Assembly (NCBI GenBank): GCA_964035545.1
Contig: OZ037765.1
Coordinates: 32,549,504-32,613,503 of the forward strand
DNA: 64,000 bases
Direction: 5' to 3'
Source: Bugula neritina
Lineage: Eukaryota; Animalia; Bryozoa
Shown piece after piece: positions 1-23,100 of the stretch. The notes under the pieces were generated by a model. That model did no database searches. It saw only the letters and a list, made by a program, of their open reading frames with translations, and was not told the DNA's origin. The stretch's first letter is position 1. Every line of letters begins with the position of its first letter. The translations under genes were made by a program, and so were the position numbers.

Positions 1-77
<77 letters not shown>
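1..77. repeat. (TA)n microsatellite
   Basis: Pure TA dinucleotide run at the window start. Confidence 0.97.
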
Positions 78-80
<3 letters not shown>

Positions 81-266
81 CTGCTTAATGTGAAAACTAG
101 TAGTTTACACATTAATCACCACGCCTCACATTATTTTTGTTTCACATAATTTTTCATACAATGCTTAGAAACTACAACCATAAGTTAATGCAAGCCGCAC
201 TGCACCGCACTAGCATTCATTGTAAAGAAAACACAGTAATATAGTTGAACGAAATTATATACTGAC

Positions 267-8388
<8,122 letters not shown>

Positions 8389-9175
8389 ACTTAGAAATGT
8401 CAACTTTCATCTTATCATAAGCCAAAGCTGCAACAAAAAATAACTAATTTATTTAAAATAAAGCTTATAAGGGTTAATATTTTTTCACAAATAAGCTAAA
8501 ATAGTCCATCTGATCAAGTGTGTTCTAACTTGCAACTGAAATAATACAAACAGTCAAAAATAAATATCAAAACTTTATTGAAAAGTTATAGTATACATTT
8601 GTTTCACATACGTAAAAGAAAAACAAATTTAGAAAAACTTAGCTAATTTGGTTTTGTTATATAAAATAAAACACTTGTAGTAGTAGGTTGTGGTTGCATT
8701 CTTCAAATTGAATAAAAATAAGCCATTTGATTCAATTTTGATGTATATTTTTTATCATATTTATGCAAGTATTTCTTATAGGTATTGCATAAATTTGATA
8801 AGAAAATGTCGCTTTAGTACATTTAATCTTAAATATAGTAGCCTACTTTTTTTCTAGCACCCACAACAATTGACATCTAGATTGAAATTTTTTTCATACC
8901 ATGAAATCAAATTTAAATAAATTAGCAAAATTTTAAATTAGTTAAAAATAAACATTGATGATATTAGTTTTCATTCAAAGTTAGAAAGCTAGTTTATATC
9001 ATTTAAAAGTTATTTCTGGTAGTGGTGGCAGTGGTATAACTATATTTCGACTACTGAAATAGGCTAGATACACTTAACCTGTCTGACCATCATTATAAGA
9101 GTTATTAAGTGATTTACAGGTAGTTATCTCCGAATTAATATTATTAGTATTACTTATTAAATTTAATTACTAGTG

Positions 9176-9420
9176 CAGTGGTGGTGGTAGTGGTAGTGGT
9201 AGTAGTAGTAGTAGTGGTAGTAGTAGTGGTAGTATTACTATTAGTATTAGTAGTAGTAGTAGTAGCAGCAGCAGTAGCAGTAGTAGTAGTAGTACTAATA
9301 GTAGTACTAGTTATACTTATTATTTATCATTTTATGTATATTAGTATTACTATTACTATTAGTATTAGTATTACTATTACTTTAGACTTAGTTCTAATAG
9401 TAATAGTAATTAGTTCATAG
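9176..9420. repeat. (GTA)n / (TATTAG)n low-complexity tract
   Basis: Visible trinucleotide/hexanucleotide repeats; source of the poly-Val ORF. Confidence 0.9.
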
Positions 9421-10843
9421 CTGGTACATGTTTTATAATTCCTAATAGTAATAGTAATACTAATAGTAATACTATTAGTGAAACCAAATCCAATAGTCAT
9501 AGGCAATACGAATAATTAATATCATCAAATTCAATAATCATCAGAATCATTATAACCTAAATCAACATGAACATGTGAATATCAATATGAATATGAAATT
9601 AGAAATAGAATAGCCTTGAATAGGAGTAACACTAACTCTAATACTAATAATAATCTCACACTCATACTTACTATTGACATTGTGAATTGTTGAGAAATGA
9701 CATTAGTTGCAGTAGGAGGCGAGTGGCCACTGTAAGTGGCAAACATAGTATCTGTAAGGGGAGCTACATCTTCTTTCGGCTTGCATTAGCTACCTGGAAA
9801 TCTTGGGTTGTCACCAACATTGTGCCTAATTCTTGAATACGCCCTATCAAGCGCAGTAACTCGAAAAATTCTAATAGCCTAAGTTTAAACCCATATATGA
9901 TATTTTTTAATATGCGGGTTAAAAATCTTTCTAGAGGGAAACTCTATGGTCTCTTTAATACCGTACCCCTTACTTCACATGCCGTTGCTGTAATTCTTAT
10001 TCCTATGGATACTAATCTATTCCAGTTCATTTACTGTGGACCACTGAGCTGGAATAGACCTGAAGAGGCCAAGGACGTTTTAGCGTGGCCAAATAGTTTA
10101 GCTCCGCCTTAACATGGAAAACTTAACCACGCCTACTTGTTTTGCACGCAGTAGTAGTAAAATCCATTATAAATGCAAGCTATTAGAGCTTATAAATTGA
10201 GGTAAACACTAAAAAATAATGAAAATTCAGCAATGTGAAGCAGGAACCAATTATTTTGTTTATTTTACTTTTGGTATTTGTAATTTCATGACTAATTATC
10301 ATTTTATGAAGCATGTACCTCAAGTATATATGATAATAACTTTAATAACCTAACAAATGCATTACATATTTATTGATTAGATCAACACATTAGTCAAAAT
10401 TAAATGAAAAGCAACAGCAAAGCAAATTTCAGCCTTAGTACATGAACACTGGCAGTAAGGATAACAAGTATAAAAGTTTATAAATAATATAAAAAAACCG
10501 GTGGTAAGACACAGCTTTACAACACAGGCAAGTAACAGATTTCCTTAAACCTTTCAAAGTTTTAAATTCTGTTTTCAAGTGCTAATCTGAAAGCAATAAG
10601 TGATTAAAATAGAATTACAGAATAAACAAAAAAATAATATTATATTGCAATAACAATATTTGTTATCATCTAATGTTATAATATAAATACTGTTGTAATA
10701 ACTTCTAAACGATTAATTACCCACATCCTTATTACTGGCCTCTAAACAGTACACTTTTGTTGCTACATTGCCTGAAATTTAGTTTGTGCATAGCAATATT
10801 TGTTAGTTTAGCAATGTGGTGCTGAAATAAGTCATAATATACT

Positions 10844-11068
10844 TCAATGAGTAAATTTAAAAGGGATAAATGATGATTTTCGATGCCTAATGATGTCTCC
10901 ATGAATAGCAGTTGTGCTATCTAATGGCTTAGAATTTCCTGAGTTGCCTGGATGTACACCACATCGGGTCACCAATTTTCTAAAGAGAGACTGTTTCAGC
11001 GTATCTAGTGAGTCAGCCACTGAAGCTGACAGCAACTGGGTAGCAAGAGACACCTGAGTAGATGACAC
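10844..11068 (-). pseudogene. Possible P-element/THAP9-type transposase fragment
   Basis: VSLATQLLSASVADSL resembles the P/THAP9 motif KVxLAAQxxSxSVADAL, followed by LFRKLVTRCGVH (cf. LFSxIRxxGG). No element ends identified. Confidence 0.4.
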
Positions 11069-11123
11069 AATAAGGATATTAGTTCAACACTCAATTATAA
11101 CCGCATTGCCAAAGTAGCGCTCT

Positions 11124-11670
11124 ACTACTAGTAGTAGTAGCAGTAGGCTAGTAGTAGTAGTAGCAGTAGGTTAGTAGTAGAAGTAGCAGCAGCAGTAGTA
11201 GTAGCAGTAGTAGTAGTAGTAGTAGTAGTAGTAGCAGTAGGCTAGTAGTAGTAGTAGCAGTAGGCTAGTAGTAGTAGTAGTAGCAGTAGGCTAGTAGTAG
11301 TAGTAGTAGTAGCAGTAGTAGCAGTAGGCTAGTAGTAGTAGTAGTAGTAGTAGTAGCAGTAGGCTAGTAGTGGTAGTAGCAGTAGGCTAGTAGTAGCAGT
11401 AGGCTAGTAGTAGTAGTAGGCTAGTAGTAGTAGTAGCAGTAGGCTAGTAGTAGTAGTACTAGTAGTAGCAGTAGGCTAGTAGTAGTAGTAGTAGTAGGCT
11501 AGTACTAGTAGTAGTAGTAGCAGCAGTAGCAGCAGTAGTAGTAGTAGTACTATCATACTGATACTGTAAGTATAACATTAGCCATTAGCCTTAGGCTTAG
11601 CTATTAGTATTACTACTACTACTAGTAGTAGTAGTAGTAGTACTAGTAGTAGAGTACTACTAGTACTAGT
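11124..11670. repeat. (AGT)n microsatellite interrupted by gcagtaggct units
   Basis: Visible compound repeat. Confidence 0.92.
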
Positions 11671-11759
11671 AGGCAGCAGCACCGCTACCACAACTATTAA
11701 GCCTACTGTTACGCTAGTTCATGTATTACTTTCACTGATTGTTGTAACTAAAGCCATAT

Positions 11760-12200
11760 ACTTACTTGTGAAAAGAGATTTTTTGTCTTTATGTAACTGC
11801 TGTACTGGTAGTTGCGGCAATTGTATGCATAACACTGAGACTCAGTGGTCTTGCTTCTTTGACCCTTAGTTTGCTTAGGATACGGAGAATTCGACATGTT
11901 TAACGAAGTAGAGGTGATAGAAAACACAATTAAATAAAAATATAGTCGCTTCAGATATAAAGCAGGACAAAAAACAAAGTTTAAAAGTGAGATTCACTCA
12001 ATCGAAATGATGGACGACCGGCTCTATTTTCTCCCGCTAGAAAAAGAGCATGCTCGGGCTCACAAAGCCAATCGGCAACGAGGTTACATTACAAAGTACA
12101 ATCGTACCCATTCCAGTTAATAATTATTGAGTTCATTGCTGTGGACGGTTCCAGTGAAGTTGCTCGCCTACGCTATAAAATTATTTTATTATTTTTATTA
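11760..12200. promoter_or_regulatory. Candidate shared (bidirectional) promoter region for genes A and B
   Basis: Locally higher-GC, CpG-containing unique sequence between two microsatellite blocks; minus-strand donor GTAAGT at 11765 suggests a 5'UTR exon of gene A; CCAAT near 12068. Inference only. Confidence 0.3.
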
Positions 12201-12365
12201 TTATTCACGTTTTTGTGAATTAAGAGAAATGTACAATAGCATTCAGTATTTAAAATCTATAAGCTGTTGAATTAGTTTTTGTTTTGGTTGGTTTTACTAG
12301 GCCTAATCCGTAATAGGGATATCTCCCATTAGGCATTAGCATTGTCATTGTGATCGCTATTGCCT

Positions 12366-12570
12366 ATTAGTATTACTATTAGTATTAGTATTACTATTAC
12401 TATTAGTATTACTATTACTATTACTATTAGTATTAGTATTAGTATTACTATTAGTATTAGTATTAGTCTTACTATTAGTATTACTATTAGTCTATTACTA
12501 TTAGTAACTATTACTATTAGTATTGGTATTAGTCTTGGATTTAGTATTACTATTAGACTTAGTATTACTT
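12366..12570. repeat. (TATTAG/TATTAC)n tract
   Basis: Visible hexanucleotide repeat; source of the ITISI ORF. Confidence 0.9.
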
Positions 12571-14149
12571 ATTTTTATGAAAATATGCTGTTATAAAAGC
12601 TGCTTCTCAGTTAAAAATTGCATATTTAAATGGTGTGTTTTTTCTGCACATTTAGTCAAGCTCTGTTAACCATAGCTGCATCTGTATCTCTGCGCTGCAT
12701 AAGTATTGATTGATGTTGGAAGTTGATATTCTTATTGCTGGCTTTCTAATTGTGTTCTTCATTATCTAAAATATCCAGCTGTAAATCAACTGTCTTATTA
12801 TAAATATATGGTATGACTTTTTGCATCAGTATAATACCAGTAACTTTATTACTTTATTGTAATAGTATACTCAGGCTCATCTGTCTGGGCACATCTAATT
12901 GTTGCTAATAATTTAGTATAAGGACACCAAGTTGAGATATATATGAATTAGAGTATATATAATTGTAAACTTGAGGGCAAGTGGTGTACCTCAGGTCTAT
13001 ACTTTATTATTTTATGTGATTGTTATGTGATAAGTCTAAGAAAAGCAACCCATTGTATTTTTTCTTGTTATCCTTACCTCACTCTTTGCAGTACACATTT
13101 CTACTGTTGGTGTTTGTGACGTTACGTCCTGAGTACCGTCCTTGTGTTGGCTATTTTTAGTGTGTTATATATGACTCAACGTCACCATCTAGTCTCCTCT
13201 TTGCACTGAGTTGGTAATGCAGTATCCTCTTGTGTCTCCAAGTGACTTTTTTCTTGAATAACCTGAAAAATAATAGACATAATATGAAAAAAATTTTTGT
13301 GATGGATCACACTAATTTCCCTTTATCCAGACATGTATTTTTTATGCTATTTTGCTCATTTTTGAAAACTCACTAAATTATCTAGTATTAGTATTACTCT
13401 AAGTCTATTGTATTTTATTATTTACTAAATATTAATATAATACAGTAAATGAGTAATACTAATACTAATACTAATAGTAATACTAATAGTAATATTAATA
13501 ATCATAATGTTATAGTAATACTAATAAGTATTATTAACTTTAAGTATAACTATAAGTATAACTATAACATTAACTGTATAAGTATTAGTACAAGTATCAG
13601 TATGAGTATTAGTGTATCAGTATCACCATCGATATTACATCAGTAGGAGTATGAGTATCACTATCAGTATCAGTATGACTATGACTGTATTACATTTTGA
13701 TTAACATTTACTTTTAGTTTTACTATTACTATAACTATTACTATTAGTATTGGTATATTTATAATTATTAATAAAAACTTGTCTATCAGTAGCAGGCCAT
13801 TAATTTCAAATTTAATTGTTAATATTAATACTATTACTATTAGAACTATTATGTGCTTTCTCTCAATCATGGATGTTCCCCTAGTACCGGGTGGAAGAAG
13901 ACAACTTCAAAATATAAATGCCCCTAGAGAGGGACTTCTGAAAAGGGTCTATTAAGCTAATTATTTTTTCAAATGCCATGTATATTTTTGTTTATTTGTG
14001 TTGGAACATCGCTGTAAAGCATTGCACCCGCCATGATGATAGACCAACATTTTTAATGATTTAAGGTTTATTTTAGTATAGTTAGTATGACAGAGTATGT
14101 TCAATCAAAGATGGAACTGTTTACTAGATGTTAGTTCAAGAAAACAAAT

Positions 14150-17100
14150 ATGGGTGGTATTGCAAGCTCGTTCCATGCAGGTATGTGGTCATAATTAGTA
14201 GTTTACATTTTGGATACTTTTTTTAATACAGTTTCATTGTATATGTTGTCAATTTATCACTTTGGTTGAGTACTGATCTTGATATTTTTCAATAGTTAGT
14301 AGATTTAAATGAGGTCAATATTAGATTGTTTGTTTTGGTATTGGTTTAAGTGTTAACTCAGTGAGTATATAGATTACTTAAGGACTCTTAGTATTAGGGC
14401 TATTAGATTCTATCAACCCAATATACATTTAAGATGTAGTTTTAGTATTCAATTCAAGCTAATGTCAATGGATGTTATTCCAGCAAAATACAAGGTCTGG
14501 TTCCGGCATTCTGGAGAGCCTGCAATTAGCCAACCTTGGCATGATAACGAAACTAGGCTTTACACTAAGGAAGAGCTGATAAATAAAATTGAAGGCCATA
14601 CAATTACCCACATGATAATAGATGGGGATGTACCAACTCACCTTAATCTTCTAATTCCACACTTGAGTCATCTGGCTGTCAAAAAAATCAAGTCTGCAAA
14701 CACCCTCATAAAGTAAGGTTTATAGCTTGCAATTTGCAGTCTCTTGATGAGACATTTGTATTGTCATACTCTGATTAGTCTTCTTTTCAAAGTTGGGTTT
14801 TCTAAATATTGTAGGTAGATGAAAATAGTATTGTTCATCCTTGATTACAGCTTTTTTCTACAAAATAGCAACTAAACCTTGAAAAAAAATTCCTTCACAT
14901 TCTAGGACTAATTTTGTTCTATAATGCATCTTTGATTTTCTTTTAAAACTTCATGTAAAAATAATGTGACTACTAAGACCATACATAATAAAATTATTAT
15001 TTGACATAGTTATGAATCTTGTTCACCCTACATTCCTGCAGTTCATTCCGATCACGCGATGTTTTATATGTCTATCACGTCTGTTATAATACTTTTCAGT
15101 CTAAAATATTTAGTGTTACGCCTATATTTAGTACATTTACATGTAAAATATATTTTTTTATAATTTAATCAGTTAGAGCATAAACTGAAAATATTTAACC
15201 TTTCGGAAACTTTTTTGGGTTTTTTTAATGACTACAAAAACCATAAAGGAATATTGACATTTACTCAAAGCAGCTCTGCAATAGGTAACCAATTATGCAA
15301 TTTATTCGAAACTGTATAGTAGCTGCTGCAAGTAAAATTTTTGACTAGTTTTATGTTGTTTGAAAGTAAGTTTTTTACAGGAACTCTAATTAGCCCATTG
15401 ACTTAAAACTAAAATTATGACAATTTAAAAAATTGACGGGTATATATATATATTTTCTTAATTCTTAGTTTTACCATTTAAGGCATACAATAGCCTTCAG
15501 TGTACCATTGAAATGGCTGGTTTCTAAGACAATATATTCAAGTATCGTCATAATATGCAACAGCTCAGTATATATGTGTTTCCCAGATAGTGAGTGCTAG
15601 GATTAAATTATTGATTATTTTATTCTCCTAGTTTTTATGCCACTCAATATACTCAGTCTCTGTTGCTTTTGACTGCTGAGTTTTTAAAGTAAAATGAAGG
15701 TTGCTTTGAGAATGTACTTTTATTTGCTATTGTTTTTGCTTCATGTTCAAGTTTTTGTTAGCATAACTGGAATATGTAGAGGTATAAATATATTATTATA
15801 CTCAGTCATTTGATGCTTTTTCAGCTCTAACATTTTACATGTGGTGTAGGTTTGAGCTTTCTCAGAATATGGAGAAACCTAGTGATTTTATTGTCTGTCC
15901 TAACCCAGGCATCGCATTATATTATAATATAAAAGTGTGATATTTATCAAAGTGTATAGACGTTATTTTACCACAGTATGTTTTTGTTGAACCACCTGGA
16001 CAGGCGTATGTCTGAGGGTTTATCTGTATGCTATGTTTACAGCATATCTTCACTGAGGAATCTTGAGGTGTTGAATATCTCAGGAAATAACCTGTCTGAA
16101 GGTCTACCTGACGATGTATTCACATCCTTGCTATCATTGAGAGAGTTGAACATGTGGAACTGTAGACTGGAGACTTTACCAAACAGGTATGTGAGTTGGG
16201 TTTAAGGGTTGCATGACAAGCATTTGTGAAACGCATGCATTTTTTAGTATAACTCATGTACCCCTCAACGATTGGTTAAATAGCTCATTTCTTGAGCATG
16301 CTCTTAGGTCTTATGGGGTCTACAGGCTACAGTAGGAACTGAACTGTGAACGTGAATACTTTCAACGTCACTTCCTACTTTTTGCTGGTCACACTACAGT
16401 TCACACTACAAACGCTGAATGCTAACTGTCTCTAGCCCCTCTCCCCCCAGTTAACTTTTAACTAATAGGAATGCCGTAGCTTAGTCTCTGCTTTGCCTAC
16501 AGCAGCCAAAAATTAAATTTAGCGCAATTTATTGAGATTTACTAGCATAATTCAATAAGATTTACTAGCTATTTTTATCCTAATTTACTAGCTTCACTTA
16601 TATTCAAAATTACTAGCTTCATTTAATGAGATTTACTAGCTTTATTCAACCACATTCACTAGCATAACGAACTAAGTATGCTAATAAAATTCAGCCAAAT
16701 TAGAATAGCCAAATATGCTGATACAATTTTTAGCCAAATTTAGCTGCTAAATATTTATTTTCACAGCTAACTTTTATTAAGATTTGCATACGTAACTTCA
16801 TCATAATAATGCTAAGTAAAATAATATAGTTTTCGAATAACCAAATCAAATAATAATGCTCGCTAGTAGCACTTGGAATAAGTAAAAGCACTTAACCAAT
16901 CAGGGCATACCTGGCCAGTCAGTGGTTGGCTGAACGCATCGAGAAAAAACTGACGGTTGTGTTCAGAAATCAGACAGTTGTGACATCACAGAGTTTAATG
17001 CTTAGCCCCGAAAACCTTTCACAGTTCAGTTTCAACCATAGACTCCTTAAGTTTGTGAGATTAAAAAACTGGTTGTAAACATAAAATGTTGCTACATATT

Positions 17101-20100
17101 TTAGTATCCTACAGTTGAAAAATCTGGAGGTCTTAAATTTATCATGGAATAACCTATCTGAAGATCTACCTGACAACATATTCACATCCTTACTGCCATT
17201 AAGAAAATTGAACATGGAGTACTGTAAACTGCAAACTCTGCCAAGCAGGTATGTAGGTAGTATGTATACTAAATAATGAAATGAAAACATCATTGACTTC
17301 TGTACAAAACCTCAACATTATTAATTAATCAATTGGTGTTGGAGGTACTGTTGAGCCATGTTGGGGGGGGGGGGGGTATCGAACATACTTGAGTTATTTT
17401 GGGTCCTAATTTGTTGATATTTTCAGCACAACTTATTAAATACTTTCACTCTATGCTAGCCAAACCTTTTTGAATTTTGAGACTTTACAGCATTGTACTG
17501 GAGAGAATAGCAACTAGAAATACTAAGTTACTTAATGCCAGGAACACCATAGGCCAGTTACAAAACCCAGATGATAACAGCACAAATACCTGTGGGTGAT
17601 CACCCAAGTTAACTTATTTGTCAGTAGTTCATATTTTGTTCAATATTTGTGAGGTGATAGAAAAATATGCATATCATTTGAAAGCTGCATATGTTCTCTT
17701 TACAAGCGTGTTTTAAAAAATTAGATCAATTTGGTTTTTCCAGCTAGTACACTTTTGGGGGTCATTCCAGATAGAAGCTTTCCAGTTAGACGCTATTTAT
17801 TTATTTATTTTGGTACAATAATATATGTATTTTATGAGCAATTTATTTGAATTTTATTGAAATATACTGAGGTGAGGTGTGAGTAAGTGTGACTGTTGAG
17901 CATAATTCGGCATTATTAAATTTCCTTTAATTTTCAAATAAATTCCTTTGTTCTTTATTACCTTATTAATTTTACGTTTTCTGTACTTCTTGTTGTTTGA
18001 AAAAATATTTTAGGATAGGTATTTATTAAAGATAATGTCTATTATTAAGGTAATACTGTGTTTGTCCCTCACAATACTGTGAAAATTGTAATAATGTTAT
18101 TCCACATAATTCATATTAACTATTATTTTATTTTTAGCAATCAATATAAAAGTAATATAGGCATATTACTATATATATGTTCCAAAATAAAAAGTAGCAT
18201 CTAAGTGGGAAGTTTCTATCTGAGATGAAACCTAATTTTGAACCAATCTACTCAATTAAGAGTTGAGATAAAACTATTTTAGCACAAAACTTGCTCTGAA
18301 TCCAGCTTTTTTTGAATGAAATTCTTTGAAATTAAATTGGCGACACTGTAAAGGGCCATTAAGGATGTCGGATTCAAAGTTTGCAAAATTAAAACCTGTG
18401 TAATTTTTACTAAAATATTTCTATCTTAATGCTAAAATGAGTATATTGGTTCAAAATTGTAGAATTGAAAAACTAAAATCAGCTAACATTTTGAATTATT
18501 TTTCCAAAGAGAACATTTATAGTTTTCCAATGATATGCATATTGTCCAAACTTTGGTTAGACCCATAATTTCGATCACCATGTCATGCTAAATATCGTCC
18601 TTGGTATTCGAAATAAACCAACTGTTGATAAGGTCACTTCACCTCATTTAGTATACACTAAATAAAATCATAGTTCTATGAAAATTTAGCGGCTGATATG
18701 TATGCTTTTTGTTGTAAAATAATGAATTGTTAGCAAATAAATCCAAATGTTCAGGTATTTTTCAAATTTTTTCTCTGTCTCTTAATTGTTGAATGATTAG
18801 TAAAAACCCTACCGGTTACAGTAATGATTATTAATAATAATATGATGATAATTAATTAATAACAATGCATTCAGCTGTTGGGGTCTCAGAATTTTTTTAC
18901 ACCTTACAAGGCCTGCTAGTTGTGCTATAGCAATACACATGGTGAACAGAGTATTTCTTCCTGTATTAGTCAATGCTGTGCAATGAATGTATTCCCTAAT
19001 GTTGTTAGCATAAACTAGTTGTAAAAATTATTGTCCTGAAATCTTAAGTTTTTTATATGTGCATATTGTGTGGTGTGTTGCAGTATATCCCTACTAAAGA
19101 ATCTTGAGGTGTTAGACATATCCGGAAATAACCTAACTGAAGGTCTACCTGACAATATATTCACATCCTTACTATCATTGAGAGATTTAGACATTGGCTA
19201 CTGTGAATTGCCAACTCTACCAAACAGGTGTATATCAATTGTAGAAGATCAAATTAGACATTAGTCAATTTTATATTGAGACTTTGCCAAGTCATTTTTT
19301 ATACAGAGTGACAATGTTTTTATTAAGCTATTATTGAATCTGATATGTGTTATCAAGTGAAAGAAACCGTGAGCTTTTTTAATGTTTTTATTCATTGAAA
19401 TATAATTTAATTATAGTCATTGGTTGAGCCAATCATGGATTTTTTAATTTCTATTATCAATTTGGCAATGCTAAACGTGGCTAGTTAGATTCATTTGAAC
19501 TTTCATTTATTGCCATAATGTACATAAGCAAATTGTACTATTTTATGCTGTGAAGTGTGTGCATCTTTGTGTCATAACTTGTAGTTCCATTATTTTATAT
19601 AAATATTTTTGCAGGTTTTCACAATATTATAGAATAAATATTATACTATGTTTATCCAATATTGCAGCATATCTTCACTGAAGAATCTTGAGGTGTTGAA
19701 TATATCATGGAATAAGCTATCTAAAGGTCTACCTGACAATATATTCACATCCTTACTATCATTGAGAGAGTTGTACATGAGTTACTGTAAACTGCCAACT
19801 CTACCAAACGGGTGTGTATAAAGTAAAGCTAAACCATTTAGCCATTTTTCGATCATGTTGGCACTAGGCCTTGTTATAATAGACCATGTAAAACTCAGCC
19901 AATCAGCGAAGTGTACCAGGTCAATGTCTTACCATTGTAACTGATATAAAATCCTGCAAGTTCAATTGCAAAATGCATGCTTCTAAAAGCTAGTTGTGCA
20001 ACTTTTTTTTCATGCATTATTTAATTTCATATCTTAAATTGATGACTCTTGAAATGATTTTTTAAAATGTCTAAATTAAGTGTTTATAAAACGCAATTAA

Positions 20101-23100
20101 AAATTGCATGTCTAGAAAAATGACCTGGTACACTTTTGCAACTTAAGGCCAATTATTACATAACTGCCAGCTTAGTAGTTATTTGTTGTTGCAGCTTGAA
20201 TGGGTTATTGTTTAGCATTGGAAGCTTGCAGTAAACATCTGTGAATTTGGTACATGACTTTGATTGGCTGGTTTTTGAATGGCCCTTTAGTATATGCATC
20301 TGAATGCTGGGTAGTGTAGACTCAGCCTACATCTAGCTAATGTACAGTAGCCAATCCACAGTAGTATTACAAAATTTCTGTTTAACAAATGAAATATTCT
20401 GGTCATTTGTTTTGTACTTTACAATAGTAAATATTCTATTCAACTGGAATTTTATTGTATGTAAGCCATGGGAACTACTAAGAGGTTAAATCAACCACCC
20501 ATGCTAGTAATATTGTTGCAGTAATAGCAAGTCCACACCATGTAAATATACACATAAGCTATTATGTGCAGCTTATGAATGCTGAAATGACCCCATTTTT
20601 TACTTTCAATTTGAAAAAAATTGTATTACATATTCTGCCACTTCTGCACCAAGAATTTGTTTTCCTTTTAAATTTTGAAAATAGTAGTCAGTTTCTGCAG
20701 CAGTCAACTGCATCCACAATAAACAACGTAGGCTTTCAAATAAACTATAAATATATGAAATATTAGTGTGGAAACAATGTAATTTATTCATTGCTATGAT
20801 GGAAAATTACAAGATTATATAAAAGCTAGATATATATTTCTATAAAATGGCACAGGTAAAAATAACACATTTTTACTTCAAATTCTAAATTTCATCAGTC
20901 ACCAATAGTGGCTGTAGATTACAGAGAGCACAGCAGACTATCATAATCATAATCATAAGAATGGTCAGCCCACTAAGCAAAATCCAACTTCAATCTTTCA
21001 TTTGGGTTACTAACGCACTAAAGCATATAATGTAAGACGCGCAAAAAAACAGTGGTTTTAATGAAACATGTGAAGGAAGCAAACAAAAAACGTCTTCAAC
21101 AGAGTCAGCTGATATAGAGCAACAGAACTCATCTGACAGCCATCCTCATAGTCAGACTTCATCAGAAGTAACTGAGTTACCAGAATCATCAACTACTCAG
21201 AAAAAAAGATCTGCACATTCTATTGATAGACTAAAATCAAAAGTTGGAAGAAAAGGCTCAAAAAGTTCCACGTTTAAACAAAAAGCAACTATTGAAAAAG
21301 TAAGTTTTCAAAACTTTCACCACTACAGATAAGCAAACTAAATTCTATACTGAACTACCTACACGTTCTCTATACTATTTTTTAGCAAAGTGAAAATTAT
21401 GATTTTCTTATTGCAAAGATAGACTATGGTTTATTACAAATAAACAATGCAAGTCTCACTATGCTAAAATTTCTACATTGATTAAATTTGATGTGTAGTA
21501 AAACTGTCATTTTAATTAAATTTGTTGCAGTGTGAGTGCATCATTCATACATTTTTTATTAAAGATGTTGTTTTATGTAAGATATTCATAAATACCACAG
21601 TGGTCATCTGTATGCTTTTTCCTTTTTTAGTTTAGGGTTTTATTTAAACAAGCAGCAGTCTTTTATTTGTGGACAAATTGACTCACTTTCTCCAGGAAAA
21701 GTAAATTGTTTTGACTTAAATTTTCCTTGGTTATTTTAAAGCTTATCAAAAGTGGCCTCCTAATCTAATTTTTAGCTGAAACTAACTCAGTGTTTAAAAC
21801 TAAAATGGTTTACACTTGTTACTAGTTTCACTTATTCACAAACATTATTGAATGCTATTCTAGAAATAATATGGGTTTGAATTAGTTATAGTATAATTAT
21901 AAAATGAAGTAATAATTGTTTGTCAACACTATTTGTTTAAACTCATGACTTCATTCAAAGCATGTATTCATGCAACTAGCTTATCATGTACTGTTACAGT
22001 ATTATGTAACACATGTTGACACACATTACATTCTGTTTGAATGGTGATATATTGGGTCAAGCCTTCAGCTAGCAGTTCTTGAACTTCATAGTTGTTGCAA
22101 AATATAACTGAAGCTACTTACCAGAGGGTAAAAACTGCCAAATGAATACAAACTAAGCACAAAATTTATTTAGCACATACATTATAATTTGAATCATAAT
22201 TTAATTTTCATTCTTTATTTACTATATTTAGATTTATATGTCTGAAGATGAAAGTTCTCACTCTCAGAAAAAAGTTAACAGGACAAGATAAACTTTAATT
22301 GGCTTTGATGAAGCTGCGTCAAGGTTTACAGTTTCAAATACTTGCTAGCCTTTTTTATATCTCTAGATTGCTAGCAAGCAAAACCTTCAAAAACACATTA
22401 GATATTTTAGCAAGAGAACTGAACAATCTAATAGTTTTTCCAACAGGAGAGAAGCTGAACATCCCTCTGAGCTTTCAAAGCCAATATGCTAACATTAGGT
22501 GCATTATAGACTGCACAGAAATATCCATTTGCAAGCCTCAATCTGTAATCTACAGCCACCATTGGTAACTGATGAAATTTAGAATTTGAAGTAAAAATGT
22601 GTTATTTTTACCTGTACCATTTCACTAGAAATCTATATCTAGCTTTTATATAATATTCTTGTAATTTTCCATCATAGCAATGAATAAATTACATTGTTTC
22701 CACACTAATATTTCATATATTTATAGTTTATTTGAAAGCTTACGTTGTTTATTGTGGATGCAGTTGACTGCTGCAGAAACTGACTACTATTTTCAAAATT
22801 TAAAAGGAAAACAAATTCTTGGTGCAGAAGTGGCAGAATATGTAATACAATTTTTTTCAAATTGAAAGTAAGAAATGGGGTCATTTCAGCATTCATAAGC
22901 TGCACATAATAGCTTATGTGTATATTTATATGGTGTGGACTTGTTATTACTGTGAGCTACAATATTACTAGCATGGGTGGTTGATTTAACCTCTTAGTAG
23001 TTCCCATGGCTTACATACAATAAAATTCTAGTTGAATAGAATATTTACTATTGTAAAGTACAAAATAAGTGACCAGAATACTTCATTTGTTAAACAGAAA

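Noticed and set aside
9178-13870. Poly-V, ITISI and NTN low-complexity ORFs
   Set aside because: Microsatellite translations.
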